Below, in pieces: positions 20,839 through 29,960 of a stretch of 57,495 nucleotides of DNA. How positions within the stretch are numbered: the first letter of the stretch is position 1; every line of letters begins with the position of its first letter. The stretch lies in the NCBI GenBank assembly GCA_024276745.1, contig JAJRWN010000120.1, forward strand, positions 1 through 57,495, in the 5' to 3' direction. Origin of the DNA: Bacteroidota bacterium (GTDB taxonomy: Bacteria; Bacteroidota; Bacteroidia; Chitinophagales; S012-47). The position numbers and the translations under genes are program-made. Below the pieces are notes generated by a model that was not told the DNA's origin, made no database searches, and worked only from the letters and a program-made list of their open reading frames with translations.

Positions 20839-23223
20839 TTAAAAATTAAAATTATAACTTAATGAAGGCAATAAAGGGAAAAGGCTCACTTGCGTGAAGG
20901 CCCGGTTTCCCTTGTCGTCCCATCCGTAATAAATAAAGAAAGGATTTTTTCTGTTGTACGCATTATAAACGCTCAAATTCAAACTATGCTGTCCCCAAGG
21001 AGTTTCTCTATGGTAAGTAACTCCAAAGTCGAAACGATGGTAACTGGCCATTCTATAGCCGTTTCTTTCTTTGTAATAATAAAGTTCCGGAGTCCACGGA
21101 GAAATCCCTCCCCAGGGTGAGATAGAGGGATACTGAGCTAAGGGTAGAGAAATGGCATTTCCGGTACCATAAACCCAGGTAGCCGAAAAGTCCCATGATT
21201 TATTTAGTTTATGCATCACGGCAACAGATACATCATGTCTGCGGTCGTATTTATAAGGAAATGCTTTTCCAAAATTGATATCGGCAAATTGCCGGTAAGT
21301 CCACGAAAGGGTATAACCAATCCAACCGGTCGTTTTGCCTGATTTTTTTTGAATAAACAATTCACTGCCATAGGCCCATCCTTTACCGGCCGTAACCCGG
21401 TCTTCCCAGGTACCGTTTAAATCCACAAAACTCGACCCTTCTTTATATTCGATAATATTATTCATTACCTTATAATATCCTTCCAGGCTTATTTCAATAT
21501 CCGGATCAAACGATTTGGCTAAACCGGCTGCAATTTGCCAGGAATTTTCAGGCTTTATCCGTTTAGTGGTAGGAACCCACAGATCTGTAGGAAGCCCTAC
21601 TCCTGAATTGGTCAGTAAATGAATATATTGAGCCATTTGAGCATAGCTTGCTTTAGCCGATAGTCCCGGTATAATCATAAAACGGAGTGAGAGTCGAGGC
21701 TGAACAGAAAAATAATTTTGTCCGTCAACTAAAAATGCCGAGCCGTGAATACCGGCATTCATTTTTATGCGGTTTCCAATTTTCATATCGTCTTCGAGAT
21801 AATAATCCAATTCGGTAGCTACTGTTTTGTTGTTGGACAAGGTGGTGTCCAATGGTGGAGTTCCGGTATTAGATAATTTAAATTGTATGGCTCCCGGGGT
21901 AAAGGTGTGCCAAATGCTTCCTATCCCGAATTTAATAAAATGATTAGGGGCGGGTATGTAATCAAAATCTAATTTTCCGCTCCAATCGCGGATGCCTGAA
22001 AAATAGCGCAAATTGGCAGAAAAGGTATCAATAGCCGGCAATATTCCTTGCAGGGTTTCGTCTGATACGGAAACATCAAATTGATATTTGCTGTAGTTAA
22101 CCGTAGCATTGCTGAAAAGCTTTTGTGTAAACTGATGATTCCAGCGCATCACTCCGGTTAAATTTCCCCAGGCCAAACGGGCTGCTGTATTCGATTCGTA
22201 AATATTGCTTCCCTGATTATCCCTGTACACATCTTTGAAGTAAAATTTATCAATACCATTGTAGGCACTTAGATATACATGATCCTTTTCGTTCAGCTCA
22301 TAATTAATTTTACCGTTTAAATCATAAAAATAGTATCCTACCCCACCCCCATCAGGAAATTGTTTGGCAATAAAAGGTTTTGCCAATAAATCGATATAAG
22401 TTCTTCTGCCGGAGATTACAAAACTGGCTTTATCGGTAATCAGAGGGCCTTCGAGTGTAAGCTTGGAAGCTATGATACCGACAGAGCCAGTGCCATGATA
22501 GGTTTTTTTATTTCCTTCTTTCATATTGATTGATAAAACGGATGACAATCTTCCACCATAACGAGCAGGAAATCCTCCTTTTATTAATTCAACATTATTA
22601 ATAGCATCGGCATTAAAAACTGAAAAAAAGCCAAAGAGATGGTTCACATTATATACCGGTACACCATCGAGTAAAATCAGATTTTGATCAGGGCTACCAC
22701 CTCTTACGTATAATCCGCTGCTTCCTTCATTGCCTGATTGTACACCCGGCAACAGTTGGATGACCTTCAATACATCTACTTCTCCCATAAACGCAGGTAG
22801 TGATTTTATTTGTGCGGCAGGAAGTTTGACAGCCGACATTTGCGATTTTTCATCAATAGTTTCTGTTTTATTACCGGAAACAACAATTTCATTCAATTCA
22901 ATGACTGCATTCAATCTAATATGTAAAGCAATATTTTTATTGAGAAAAATCTTTTGCCGGTAAGGTTGATATCCGATATAGGAAATCACCAATTCTACCG
23001 AATCTTCAGGAAGAGTAAGACTAAAAAATCCATAGGTATTACTGGCAGTACCGTTTAAGGTTTTGGCATCGTACACATTGGCACCAATAAGTTTCTCACC
23101 GGAGCTTTCGTCTTCGATATAACCGCTGATGGTAAATCGCTGTGCTTGTGACAAGGAGGAAATAAATAGAAACAGAAAAAGAAATGCAGGTTGAAATACT
23201 TTCATAGTCAGAATTTGCTTCAT
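20839..23223 (-). CDS. TonB-dependent receptor with an N-terminal carboxypeptidase-regulatory-like domain
   Basis: 794 aa with a signal peptide. It has FTISGYIEDESSGEKLIGANV (CarboxypepD_reg), a plug (DVLKVIQLLPGVQSG...GLYVRGGSPDQNLILLDGVPVYN), a beta-barrel and a C-terminal F. The true start is probably the second Met at 23205. Confidence 0.88.
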   Translation of the reverse strand: MKQILTMKVFQPAFLFLFLFISSLSQAQRFTISGYIEDESSGEKLIGANVYDAKTLNGTASNTYGFFSLTLPEDSVELVISYIGYQPYRQKIFLNKNIALHIRLNAVIELNEIVVSGNKTETIDEKSQMSAVKLPAAQIKSLPAFMGEVDVLKVIQLLPGVQSGNEGSSGLYVRGGSPDQNLILLDGVPVYNVNHLFGFFSVFNADAINNVELIKGGFPARYGGRLSSVLSINMKEGNKKTYHGTGSVGIIASKLTLEGPLITDKASFVISGRRTYIDLLAKPFIAKQFPDGGGVGYYFYDLNGKINYELNEKDHVYLSAYNGIDKFYFKDVYRDNQGSNIYESNTAARLAWGNLTGVMRWNHQFTQKLFSNATVNYSKYQFDVSVSDETLQGILPAIDTFSANLRYFSGIRDWSGKLDFDYIPAPNHFIKFGIGSIWHTFTPGAIQFKLSNTGTPPLDTTLSNNKTVATELDYYLEDDMKIGNRIKMNAGIHGSAFLVDGQNYFSVQPRLSLRFMIIPGLSAKASYAQMAQYIHLLTNSGVGLPTDLWVPTTKRIKPENSWQIAAGLAKSFDPDIEISLEGYYKVMNNIIEYKEGSSFVDLNGTWEDRVTAGKGWAYGSELFIQKKSGKTTGWIGYTLSWTYRQFADINFGKAFPYKYDRRHDVSVAVMHKLNKSWDFSATWVYGTGNAISLPLAQYPSISPWGGISPWTPELYYYKERNGYRMASYHRFDFGVTYHRETPWGQHSLNLSVYNAYNRKNPFFIYYGWDDKGNRAFTQVSLFPLLPSLSYNFNF

Positions 23224-23236
23224 AACGATTGAATGG

Positions 23237-23244
23237 CAAAAATA
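23237..23244 (-). promoter_or_regulatory. Bacteroidota-type -7 box (TATTTTTG) for the TonB-dependent receptor
   Basis: The reverse complement of caaaaata matches TAnnTTTG. It lies 14 nt from the first Met and 32 nt from the second Met of the receptor ORF. Confidence 0.4.
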
Positions 23245-23295
23245 TGATTTATTGATATGTTTATTTTTATTTGAAGCGAAAACCTGTAATCAGGA

Positions 23296-24087
23296 TTATT
23301 GATTTTTCCAAACGGGAGGCCTGTTTTCCAGAAATGCCGTGATGCCTTCATTCGCATCATGGGTTTGCATTAACTCATCGATATATATTTGTTGCAGTTT
23401 TTTTAAAAATACATCCATAATATGATTAAAAAACAAACGGCTTGCTTCGGTGGCTATGCGCAGGGAGCTGGCACTTTTCGGTAAAATTTCTTTTTCGATA
23501 AAGGCTTCAATTCCTTGTTGCATAGTGGATTTATCAGGAAAAACTTCTTTGATTAAACCCAACTGAAAGGCTCTTTCGGCATTTATTGTTTCTCCGGTAA
23601 GCAATAGGTTATCAGAAGGCCCTACACCGGTTTTCAGTGGAAGTAATATGGATGCAGGTGGAGGAAATACACCCAATTTAATTTCGGGAACTCCCATATT
23701 GGCGCTTTTATCGGCAAACATAAAATGAGCAAAAAGAGCAAGTTCAAATCCACCACCGAGACACTGACCACTGATAGATGCAATGACCGGCAGGGATAAA
23801 TCTCTTAGGCGATAAAACATCTCGTGAAACGTATTGAGCATAGCTTCAGCCTTATCTTTGGTATGTTCTGCAACACTGGCACCAAACGAAAAATGTTTCC
23901 CTTCTCCCTCTATAAGTAGAGCTTTAAGCTGTTTTTCAGCACGTAGCTTGGTAGCGACCAATATAATTTCATGCATCATTCCGGCATCCAGAATATTGGC
24001 CTTTGGTGCATTTAAAATCAACCGTGCAATAGCTGCATCATGCTCATAAATCAATTTTATTTTTTTAAAAGAGCTTGTCATAATCAA
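23296..24087 (-). CDS. Crotonase-fold enoyl-CoA hydratase, cyclohexa-1,5-dienecarbonyl-CoA hydratase (Dch)-like
   Basis: 263 aa with NAPKANILDAGMM, EGEGKHFSFGASVAEH, SGQCLGGGFELAL and PEIKLGVFPP. It lies 4 nt downstream of the Oah-like gene. Confidence 0.6.
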   Translation of the reverse strand: MIMTSSFKKIKLIYEHDAAIARLILNAPKANILDAGMMHEIILVATKLRAEKQLKALLIEGEGKHFSFGASVAEHTKDKAEAMLNTFHEMFYRLRDLSLPVIASISGQCLGGGFELALFAHFMFADKSANMGVPEIKLGVFPPPASILLPLKTGVGPSDNLLLTGETINAERAFQLGLIKEVFPDKSTMQQGIEAFIEKEILPKSASSLRIATEASRLFFNHIMDVFLKKLQQIYIDELMQTHDANEGITAFLENRPPVWKNQ

Positions 24088-24091
24088 GCAG

Positions 24092-25183
24092 TTATTTGAT
24101 ATAATTAGGCGAAATCACTTCCTGCAATTCATTGTCCCAGGGATGTCCTTGTGCAAGTAATTGCCGCATTTTCACAAAGTTAACTTCACGATTATTTTTA
24201 GGACCATCGTTAAATGCACGGAATCCGGCCATCCCTTCACTCATCATGTTCAAAGCTAACCAATCGCGATTGCTTTCTTTGTTTTTGTCCCAATGTTCCA
24301 GTTTATGTTTTCTAATGGAATTAATGGTTTTACTTAAGCAATTTGGAAAAGTGTATAATAATTTTGTACAAAGTTTTTCAACCGCTTCATCGAGTTTTTC
24401 CAGGCTGATTTCGCCTGATTTTAAGATTTCTTTGGCATGGCTTAAAGCAGCACCGGTATGCATTTTCCCATAAACCAGATGTCCGTTATCATCCACCCAG
24501 CGATTGGTATAAACCAAAGGGTTTGTAATAAATTCACCATCCATTTTAAGGGCAGGAACAATTTCTGTAAGTAAGCCGTATCGCAAAGCTTCGTGAGCAC
24601 TCCATGGATCGCAAACGGTACAGGAATACATCGCGTTTTCGATACCGGTAAATAAAGGAAGAAAGTCGGTAGAACCACCATCCGGTGCGCTACCATGTTT
24701 CGGACCGGCCTGACCAAAACGGGCCAAATCATGAGCTATGCTAAAATCACAGGCCATACCAATTTCCTGGCCTCCTCCAATGCGCATACCGTTTACCCGG
24801 TTGATTACCGGTTTGTCATTCATGAGTATGGCTGATACCATGTCGTTGAAAAGCCTCATATACTGTTTGTATTCTTGCGGGTTCCCGGCATAATATTCGG
24901 CATATTCTTTTGTGTTGCCACCTGTGCAAAATGCTTTATTGCCCACTGCCGTAAAAACAATGGCCACTACCGAACGGTCGTTCGATGCTTCTCGCATAGC
25001 CAGAATCACTTCTTTAACCATTTGAGTGGTATAGGAGTTATATTGCTGCGGATTATTGAGTATAATCCAGGCATTATAAAGGCCATCAATGTTTTGTCCG
25101 CTTTTATCCAGACAAGGATGCTTTTCAAAAATAATTTCTTTGTAATCTGTTTTTACAAGATCGTGGTTTTTTAAGGTTTCCAT
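24092..25183 (-). CDS. Crotonase-fold hydrolase, 6-oxocyclohex-1-ene-1-carbonyl-CoA hydrolase (Oah/BamA)-like
   Basis: 363 aa with LYNAWIILNNPQQYNSYTT, AFCTGGNTKEYAEYYAGNPQEYKQYMRLFNDMVS, NGMRIGGGQEIGMACDF and GQAGPKHGSAPDGG. The long C-terminal extension is typical of Oah rather than MenB. Confidence 0.65.
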   Translation of the reverse strand: METLKNHDLVKTDYKEIIFEKHPCLDKSGQNIDGLYNAWIILNNPQQYNSYTTQMVKEVILAMREASNDRSVVAIVFTAVGNKAFCTGGNTKEYAEYYAGNPQEYKQYMRLFNDMVSAILMNDKPVINRVNGMRIGGGQEIGMACDFSIAHDLARFGQAGPKHGSAPDGGSTDFLPLFTGIENAMYSCTVCDPWSAHEALRYGLLTEIVPALKMDGEFITNPLVYTNRWVDDNGHLVYGKMHTGAALSHAKEILKSGEISLEKLDEAVEKLCTKLLYTFPNCLSKTINSIRKHKLEHWDKNKESNRDWLALNMMSEGMAGFRAFNDGPKNNREVNFVKMRQLLAQGHPWDNELQEVISPNYIK

Positions 25184-25234
25184 TGGTTTATTTATTTTTT
25201 TTGTTCAGGTCTTTTTTGCTTTTTTTCTACTGCA

Positions 25235-25242
25235 CAAATATA
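25235..25242 (-). promoter_or_regulatory. Bacteroidota-type -7 box (TATATTTG) for the Oah-like/Dch-like operon
   Basis: The reverse complement of caaatata matches TAnnTTTG, 52 nt upstream of the start at 25183. Confidence 0.45.
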
Positions 25243-25320
25243 CCAAAACAAGAGATATCAGATATCATTGTCTTTTGAAAGAATTTATATACAGGACGGC
25301 TTTCTGATGAGTATTAAAAT

Positions 25321-25355
25321 AAAAAAAGCACAACATAATCGTTGTGCTTTTTTTA
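25321..25355 (-). terminator. Intrinsic (bidirectional-looking) terminator after the ferredoxin gene
   Basis: A 10-bp perfect stem aaagcacaac/gttgtgcttt with loop ataatc, flanked by an A-run and a T-run, lies 22 nt past the ferredoxin stop. Confidence 0.65.
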
Positions 25356-25376
25356 TTAAAAAATTGCTAAACTTAT

Positions 25377-25736
<360 letters not shown>

Positions 25737-25822
25737 TTAGGTTATTTAATTTTACACGAAATTACAGGTAATCCTATAATTTGAAGACAAATGAAAGATT
25801 TTTTTTAAACCCGTACAACAAC

Positions 25823-26836
25823 ATGCATAAATTTATAGACAATTTTAGTCTTTTGGGGCAGCGAATGAAAGCCTTTGATTTCTTTCCGGAAGAAGTTTTA
25901 TCGAGAGCATCGGCAGAAAATCCATGGTTTACGGATGAGCAAATACGGTATGCGAAAGACCGTATTGCCCGGGGTTGGCTTGTTCAAGAAAAATTAGAAC
26001 AATGGCTTGATCCATATCAAGATGTATTTCCGGTGAAACAGCCTGCCGGCATCGGTATTGTTATGGCAGGAAATATACCCCTTGTCGGTTTTCATGATTT
26101 ACTTTGTGTGCTGGCAAGTGGCAACCGGGCTTTGGTAAAAACCTCGTCAAAAGACCGGGTGCTCACATACTTTCTTATCGAAGAAATAATAAAAATATGG
26201 CCCGTTATGGCTGATTTTATTCAATGGGTAGATACCCTCAGCACTGCCGATGCCATCATTGCCACAGGAAGCAATAATTCTAGCCTTTATTTTGAACAAT
26301 ACTTTTCGAATTATCCACACATTATCAGAAAAAACAGAAATGCAGTAGCGGTATTAAGCCAGCGGATGGATGATGAGCAAATCAAAGCTTTGGGTGAGGA
26401 TATTTTCAGGTATTTTGGTTTAGGATGCAGAAATGTTTCAAAAATATATATCCCAAAAGATTTCGATTTTGATCATTTCTTTGAGGTGCTCAATTCTTAT
26501 GGGAATATCATGCAACATCATAAATATAAGAACAATTATGATTATAACAGGACCCTCCTGCTATTGAATAAAATAAAGCATTACGCCAGCAATTATCTGA
26601 TATTGAAGGAAGATAAAAGCATCGCGAGTCCGGTTGCCATGTTGCATTATGAATATTATAAAAACCTTGAGGAAGCAGAAGATATGCTCGACCGGGAAAG
26701 GGATCAGATTCAGTGTATTGCAAGTAATACTAAGCTCAATATGGAATATGTAGCTATAGGACAGGCACAAAAACCGGCTTTATGGCATTATGCCGATGGA
26801 GCGAATACGATGGATTTTTTGCAGTCACTGGTTTAA
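25823..26836 (+). CDS. LuxC-like acyl-CoA reductase family protein
   Basis: About 337 aa from the ATG at 25823 (the track start at 25781 is TTG). It has GIVMAGNIPLVGFHD, ATGSNNS and FRYFGLGCRNVSKIYIP (ALDH-like catalytic Cys), and is divergent from the ferredoxin gene. Confidence 0.6.
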   Translation: MHKFIDNFSLLGQRMKAFDFFPEEVLSRASAENPWFTDEQIRYAKDRIARGWLVQEKLEQWLDPYQDVFPVKQPAGIGIVMAGNIPLVGFHDLLCVLASGNRALVKTSSKDRVLTYFLIEEIIKIWPVMADFIQWVDTLSTADAIIATGSNNSSLYFEQYFSNYPHIIRKNRNAVAVLSQRMDDEQIKALGEDIFRYFGLGCRNVSKIYIPKDFDFDHFFEVLNSYGNIMQHHKYKNNYDYNRTLLLLNKIKHYASNYLILKEDKSIASPVAMLHYEYYKNLEEAEDMLDRERDQIQCIASNTKLNMEYVAIGQAQKPALWHYADGANTMDFLQSLV

Positions 26837-27963
26837 TGCAACAATAATTTTTTCAGCGTAGCGATTACATAATCCACTTCATCGAAGGTATTTAATTTCG
26901 AAAAAGAGAATCGAATACCTGTGCGGGCAGGATCTTTACCTAAAGCATTCATCACATGAGAGCCAACATTACTTCCCGAACTGCAAGCCGAACCGGCTGA
27001 TGCGGCAATACCTTCGATATCGAGATTATAAATTAGTATATCGCCCAGTTTTGAAGGTGGAAATGATACATTGAGCACCGTATAAAGAAAAGGTTCTTCC
27101 AGTGGGCTGTTAAAGCGTATATCTTCAAAATTATTTAATAATGCATCAATCATGTATTTTCTTAAAGCGGTGATTTTTTCCCGATCTTTATCAAGATCGC
27201 GACAGGCAATTTCCAGGGCTTTGGTCAGGCCGACAATACCATAAACATTTTCTGTTCCGGCACGCATATTACGTTCCTGAGCACCCCCCAGGAAATATGG
27301 GGATATTTTCAGCTCCGGATGGATATATAAAAAACCAATACCGAAAGGACCATGGAATTTATGGGCCGATGATGTGATGAAATGAATCGGTAAATTGCTT
27401 AAATCAAAGGGAAAATGACCTATAGTTTGAACGGTATCGGAGAGAAAATAGGCTTTATATTTGTTACATAATAAACCAATTTTTTCCAAATCGTTCATTA
27501 CTCCTATTTCATTATTGGCATGCATTAGACTTACAAGAGTATTTTTTTTCTCAGAAGCCAATAGTTTTTCGAGATGCTCATAGTTAATCTCACCAGAATC
27601 TTGCAAGGCTACATACTCGGTTTCAATACCCCATTGTTTTTGCATTTTTTGAGCCGGATACAAAACACAATGATGTTCAATTCTTGAACAAATAATACGT
27701 TTTACCTTCAAATCGTGAACAGCGGCATTGATGACCGTATTAGAAGATTCTGTACCTCCGGAAGTAAAAAAAATATCTGAAGGCTTCGCACCTAATAAAG
27801 CTGCAACAGTTTTCCGGGATTCTTCTATAGCAACCCTGTTTTTTCTTCCGTTTTTATGGATGGCTGAAGGATTGCCAAAATCTTTTTGCATATAAGGAAT
27901 CATGGCTTCAAATACTTCAGGATCTAAAGGTGTGGTTGCCGTATTGTCGAAATATACTTCCAT
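26833..27963 (-). CDS. Cysteine desulfurase (NifS/IscS-like, class V aminotransferase fold)
   Basis: 376 aa with YFDNTATTP, FTSGGTESSN, SSAHKFHGPFGIG (PLP Lys) and SAGSACSSGS (catalytic Cys loop). Confidence 0.88.
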   Translation of the reverse strand: MEVYFDNTATTPLDPEVFEAMIPYMQKDFGNPSAIHKNGRKNRVAIEESRKTVAALLGAKPSDIFFTSGGTESSNTVINAAVHDLKVKRIICSRIEHHCVLYPAQKMQKQWGIETEYVALQDSGEINYEHLEKLLASEKKNTLVSLMHANNEIGVMNDLEKIGLLCNKYKAYFLSDTVQTIGHFPFDLSNLPIHFITSSAHKFHGPFGIGFLYIHPELKISPYFLGGAQERNMRAGTENVYGIVGLTKALEIACRDLDKDREKITALRKYMIDALLNNFEDIRFNSPLEEPFLYTVLNVSFPPSKLGDILIYNLDIEGIAASAGSACSSGSNVGSHVMNALGKDPARTGIRFSFSKLNTFDEVDYVIATLKKLLLH

Positions 27964-28043
27964 TCTTAATCTTTTAGAATTTCAAAAGTAGAGCTTTTAT
28001 CCGTTCCGGCTTAATCATTTACAAGCAAGTAGTATTTAAAAGA

Positions 28044-29420
28044 TCAGCTTAATATCTCTTTGATATCATTCATCAGTTTTGAAGCGATATTATTGGCTGT
28101 AGTTTCCATGCTACTTTCGGCATAAATGCGGAGAATGGCTTCTGTATTGGATTTGCGAAGATGCACCCAATCATGATCAAAATATATTTTCAAACCATCA
28201 ATAGCGGTTTGAGTTTGTTGACTGTATTTTTTTGCAATTTTTTCTAATAACAAATCAATATCAACATCCGATTCAAGGGTTACCTTGTTTTTCGAGATAC
28301 AATATTCCGGAAATCCGGCTTTTAGTGCTGATACCGATTTATTCTTTTCGGCCATATAGCTGAGAAAAAGAGCAATTCCTACAATAGCATCGCGGCCATA
28401 ATGTAAAGCAGGATAGATTACTCCACCGTTTCCTTCTCCACCAATCAGCGCATCAACTTCTTTCATTTTTTTTACAACATTTACCTCCCCTACTGCCGAT
28501 TCAAAATATTGGCATCCGGCCTTTTCTGTAATATCACGCAAAGCTCTTGATGAACTTAAATTAGAAACGGTAGAACCTTTTTCTTTGGATAAAATATAAT
28601 CGGCTACGGCTACTATGGTATATTCTTCGCCAAACATATTTCCATCTTCACAAACAAAAGCAAGGCGATCTACATCAGGATCCACAGCGATTCCTAAATC
28701 GGCATTGTGGAAAGTAACCTGCTGCGACAGTTCATTTAAATTTTCTGCCAGCGGTTCCGGATTGTGGGCAAATTGCCCGTCAACGCTGGCATTAATCAAT
28801 TCAACATGTTCTACTCCCAATCGTTTCAAGAGCTGGGGAATAATTAAAGCCCCTGTACTGTTTATAGTGTCAACAACCACCCTGTAATTTTTTTCTGCTA
28901 TAAGCCCGGGCTTTATCAGGGGTAAATCAAGTACTTTTTGAATATGATATTCAATATAGTTGGGCTTTTCAAGTATAGAACCGAAAGATGATTTCTCGAT
29001 TCCGGTATCTTTAATACGTTCGGCAATATCCAGTAATTGCTGACCATCCTCGGCACTGATAAATTCTCCTGAACCATTTAGCAGTTTCAGTGCATTCCAG
29101 TTTTTGGGATTATGACTAGCGCTAATGATAATTCCACCTGCCGCCTTTTCTGCCACTACGGCCAATTCGATAGTGGGTGTAGTGCTAAGACCGAGATTAA
29201 TAATCACAAATCCTAAATCTTCCAGGGTTGAACATAAAATATCGTTTATCTCCCGGCCGCTTGCTCTTCCGTCACGGCCCAATACTATTTTCTTATTCCC
29301 ATGATTACTACTGATAAGTTGGGCAAAAGCACGTGTGTATAAACGGATAACAGATGGGGTAAGACCGTCTTCAGAATCAATGGTTCCTCTGATTCCTGAA
29401 ATACTTTTAATCAGTGTCAT
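28044..29420 (-). CDS. glmM: Phosphoglucosamine mutase / phosphohexomutase
   Basis: 458 aa with GIRG, ISASHNPKNWNALK (phosphoserine loop), AVDPDVDRL (Mg site) and GGEGNGG. Confidence 0.85.
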   Translation of the reverse strand: MTLIKSISGIRGTIDSEDGLTPSVIRLYTRAFAQLISSNHGNKKIVLGRDGRASGREINDILCSTLEDLGFVIINLGLSTTPTIELAVVAEKAAGGIIISASHNPKNWNALKLLNGSGEFISAEDGQQLLDIAERIKDTGIEKSSFGSILEKPNYIEYHIQKVLDLPLIKPGLIAEKNYRVVVDTINSTGALIIPQLLKRLGVEHVELINASVDGQFAHNPEPLAENLNELSQQVTFHNADLGIAVDPDVDRLAFVCEDGNMFGEEYTIVAVADYILSKEKGSTVSNLSSSRALRDITEKAGCQYFESAVGEVNVVKKMKEVDALIGGEGNGGVIYPALHYGRDAIVGIALFLSYMAEKNKSVSALKAGFPEYCISKNKVTLESDVDIDLLLEKIAKKYSQQTQTAIDGLKIYFDHDWVHLRKSNTEAILRIYAESSMETTANNIASKLMNDIKEILS

Positions 29421-29445
29421 AAATTTTATTAAGTCATTGAGGGTG

Positions 29446-29453
29446 CAAACCTA
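29446..29453 (-). promoter_or_regulatory. Bacteroidota-type -7 box (TAGGTTTG) for glmM
   Basis: The reverse complement of caaaccta matches TAnnTTTG, 26 nt upstream of the start at 29420. Confidence 0.45.
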
Positions 29454-29577
29454 TCAAAAATGTTTATCATAATTTATGCTTTTGCAATTTTTTATTCATA
29501 AAAAGAAGCAGCCGATTCGTTTAAATCTTCTACAAAACGTGTTGGTTTAAAATTATTGTATAGCAATGATAATTACG

Positions 29578-29585
29578 TATTTTTG
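29578..29585 (+). promoter_or_regulatory. Bacteroidota-type -7 box (TATTTTTG) for the bTHX gene
   Basis: Matches TAnnTTTG, 21 nt upstream of the ATG at 29606. Confidence 0.5.
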
Positions 29586-29605
29586 CACAAAACAAATTTA
29601 ATACG

Positions 29606-29791
29606 ATGGGAAAAGGTGATAAAAGAACAAAACGTGGAAAAATCATTGCAGGCTCTTTTGGTAAATCGAGAAAACATAAAGTAAAACCGGTAGCTCCAAA
29701 AGCTACCGAGAAAAAATCGCAAGCTAAAACAAAGAAAACTGCAAAACCGGTTAGCAGAAAAAAAACAAGTGCTTCTGCTAAAAAAGCCTGA
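29606..29791 (+). CDS. 30S ribosomal protein THX (bTHX) with a Lys-rich C-terminal extension
   Basis: 61 aa. MGKGDKRTKRGKIIAGSFGKSRKHK matches the THX signature, and the remainder is K/A/T-rich. Confidence 0.75.
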   Translation: MGKGDKRTKRGKIIAGSFGKSRKHKVKPVAPKATEKKSQAKTKKTAKPVSRKKTSASAKKA

Positions 29792-29816
29792 TAATGAAAA
29801 AATGATTTGAGAGAAC

Positions 29817-29851
29817 AAAAGCCTGTTTACTTTGTGTAATCAGGCTTTTTT
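29817..29851 (+). terminator. Intrinsic terminator after the bTHX gene
   Basis: aaaagcctgtttac-tttgt-gtaatcaggctttttt forms an ~13-bp stem with one mismatch plus a T-run, 26 nt after the stop. Confidence 0.7.
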
Positions 29852-29887
29852 AATGTTTTTTCACCTTAAAAGCTAGAACAGGATTTT

Positions 29888-29895
29888 TATTTTTG
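29888..29895 (+). promoter_or_regulatory. Bacteroidota-type -7 box (TATTTTTG) for the thioredoxin-fold gene
   Basis: Matches TAnnTTTG, 66 nt upstream of the ATG at 29961. Confidence 0.4.
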
Positions 29896-29960
29896 CAATC
29901 AAGCCTTGACTTTTTACGATTATTGCTTACGATTAAAAAAATTAAATTTATTCCTCTATT

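Noticed and set aside
29573-29818. 81-aa minus-strand ORF
   Set aside because: It is antisense to the bTHX gene and spans its promoter and terminator. It is an artefact of the Lys-codon-rich sequence.
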